A DNA stretch of 64,000 nucleotides, taken from NCBI RefSeq assembly GCF_036971445.1, contig NC_091475.1, positions 157,418,001-157,482,000 on the forward strand, given 5' to 3'. Position 1 is the first letter of the stretch, and the number at the start of each line of letters is the position of its first letter. Below, piece after piece: positions 61,832 through 64,000 of the stretch. The DNA is from Narcine bancroftii (lineage: Eukaryota). The position numbers and the translations under genes are program-made. Under the pieces are notes generated by a model that was not told the origin of the DNA, did no database searches, and saw nothing but the letters and a program-made list of their open reading frames with translations.

Positions 61832-63227
61832 GTTTTAAACATGGATCCAGTCCACAGATTGCAAAAATGGGAAGAATTATATTACATTGGAAAGGAAGAG
61901 TTAATTCATAGAATAACCCCATTTATACAAATTTAGTATCTAAAGTACAACTTCTGATTTTTATTTTCTAGATTTAAGAAAGACATAACATAATGTAGGA
62001 GAATCAGTCTTTCCATTTCAGTAAAATTTCCATTCAAGTCCGGAGTTATTTTCATTGCCTCTGTTGTGCCAAGCCTTCAGAACTCTGATGTAGAGGGACA
62101 ATTAGTTTGGTGTAAGACAAAAAGCTACAATTTATTAGCAATCATTTTTCAGATTCCCAGGCCACATCTTTGTCTGGAAAAGTAGGCCAAAATTATTTTC
62201 TTTGAACTTGGATCTGCCTTGGGTCATCTGAATCAGTGGAGTGGGAATTTCTGGATTGACCACACTAATAATTCTTCTTTGTAAGAGGAAATTTGGATCT
62301 TCAGTGTTCATCAGAAGCTGAGAGTTAGAGCTCGCTGCATTTAGTGAACAAAGGAATGGCTATTTTGTTCTTTTTCCAAGGGAGTGATAGGTTGGTGACC
62401 AGCAAAATACCTAAGAATTTTTAACCTCCGTTTGTTTAAAAATAAATCAGTAAAGAGAAATTATTTCTTCCAGATATTTGTTCCTCGAATTCAACATTCA
62501 CAGATAATTCCCTGAAGTGTGATATGCTACATATTCTTGAAGCTTGCCAATGTGCTGCTGGCATCTATATTGTCTGCAAGACTTGAATGTCAGCCAAAAA
62601 GTAAAGCTGACATTCTTTCAGTTATGTCAAGCAAAACGGTGTAAAAATACTAATTGTGGGGGATGGACCTTGGCATCTAGATCAGACAGTCAATGAATAC
62701 ATGATGATTTTGCAATGAATTGGTGGTCTTCAAGATGAATATCACACCATAAAAGAATAATATTTTAGCTGTGAATGAAGATTGCATGAACAATCTTTAA
62801 AGTACGATATGCACAAAGTAGCTTTGGTTGTGGCTTGCACAACTTCAGTACTTTTTATGGATATTCTTATTTGCAGATCTCTGACAGGATAGAATCACAT
62901 TTTAAATCATGAATAATTTTAAACCCAGTGTAAATTTATCTAAAATTACTAAAACCCGGAAAAACTAATGTGGACATTTTACTGTTTTGTATGAATTCAA
63001 CTGGAAAATCCATAGTCATGTAATTGCAGAAGACCAAAATATTAAACAAATTGAACTGGCTCATGTGATGAGCATAAATACAAGGTGATCATAAAATGAG
63101 AGAGATGGGAGTTTCAAAACATGATACACAGTTTTCTAATTTTGCTCTGTGACATTCATTAAACAGGTGCAGTGCTCTTGAGATTGAGCTACCTAAATGT
63201 ACCCACCCTTTGTACTGGGGAAGAAGA

Positions 63228-63365
63228 TATCTTTTATTGTCACATAATAATACATTAAAAATGCATGATATACTTCAAATTCTGTCTGTCTTAAGGCAAA
63301 CAAAGAGTCACCTTGATCATTGCCTGGAACCCCTAACAATACGTCAAAGAGAAGCAAAAGAGAAG
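63228..63365 (-). repeat. Copy of the unclassified retroposon tail at 9370-9520
   Basis: tttattgtcacataataa..cattgcc..cccctaaca..aaagagaagcaaaagag. Confidence 0.4.
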
Positions 63366-63708
63366 ACAGAATGCAGGTAGAAAATAGTATACAGATGGGA
63401 AAAATGTAGCTTCAAATCTGTAAACCAAAAAATTTACTAGTTTTTTTTTCTTCCTTCTTTCTTCAGACCCACTGATGTCTCACTGCCAGTTTTAGAGTTT
63501 CTCTACACTGTAGCACCTCCTTGACAGACAAGCATGTAGTTGAAGCATGATGCCTAGTACTCCAGAGTGATGTCTCTTATAGGAATGTCTGGACTGGAAA
63601 TCCTGAAACAATGGGGAACAAATGTGCTTTCATCATCTTTTCCTCTTTAGATACCTAGTGCAACCTATTGGTTAGAAAGAGGGAAATTTGATGTGTTGAA
63701 TTTTCATG

Positions 63709-64000
63709 TCTAAGTTCAAGTTCATTATCATCTGACTGTACAAGTACCACCTGATGAAACTGTGTTCTCCAGTCCTCTGTGCAAAAACATACAAACAAAT
63801 ATGACACACAATACATGTGAAGTCTTGCATATCATTAAAAAAATATTTTCGGAGGGTTTGTATGAGCAGTTCATCAGTTGTTCAGCAGTCTCACTGCCCA
63901 TGGGAAAAAGGTGTTTTTCAGCCTGGTGGTACTGATTCTGATGCTCCTATATCTCTTTCCCGATGGAAGTAGCTGGAAAACATTGCTTGCGTGGTGATAG
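63709..64000 (-). mobile_element. Rex1/Babar LINE 3' end (cut by window edge)
   Basis: Tail (aagttc)n; ctcactgcccatgggaaaaag..ctcctatatctctttcccgatgg matches 254-331. Confidence 0.8.

Overview
AT-rich eukaryotic DNA made mostly of decayed transposable elements. The repeat mix (V-SINE/HE1-like SINEs, Rex1/Babar, CR1, L1/Tx1, RTE, Penelope termini) suggests a cartilaginous fish, possibly a ray; this is inference. I found no confident host exon, RNA gene or CRISPR array, and most short ORFs in the track are TE fragments or noise. Main elements: a full-length decayed Ty3/Gypsy element (1974-6739, +); a diverged relative (54981-58731, +) with a related solo LTR; a second Gypsy family (17579-21894, -) and its relative (28233-36792) filled with nested LINEs; six RTE copies; several Rex1, L1 and CR1 pieces; hAT- and Harbinger-like MITEs. 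Most interesting: (1) both related Gypsy elements lack a tRNA primer-binding site and instead carry a leader complementary to their own LTR ATTAAA region, with different sequence but preserved pairing, suggesting self-priming, and both have LDN instead of YxDD in RT; (2) a 358-bp, ~98% identical inverted duplication at 49.5-50.5 kb; (3) a 64-bp locally templated insertion; (4) a candidate HDV-like ribozyme; (5) a composite hAT MITE. Family assignments come from motif recognition, not database searches, and many boundaries are approximate.
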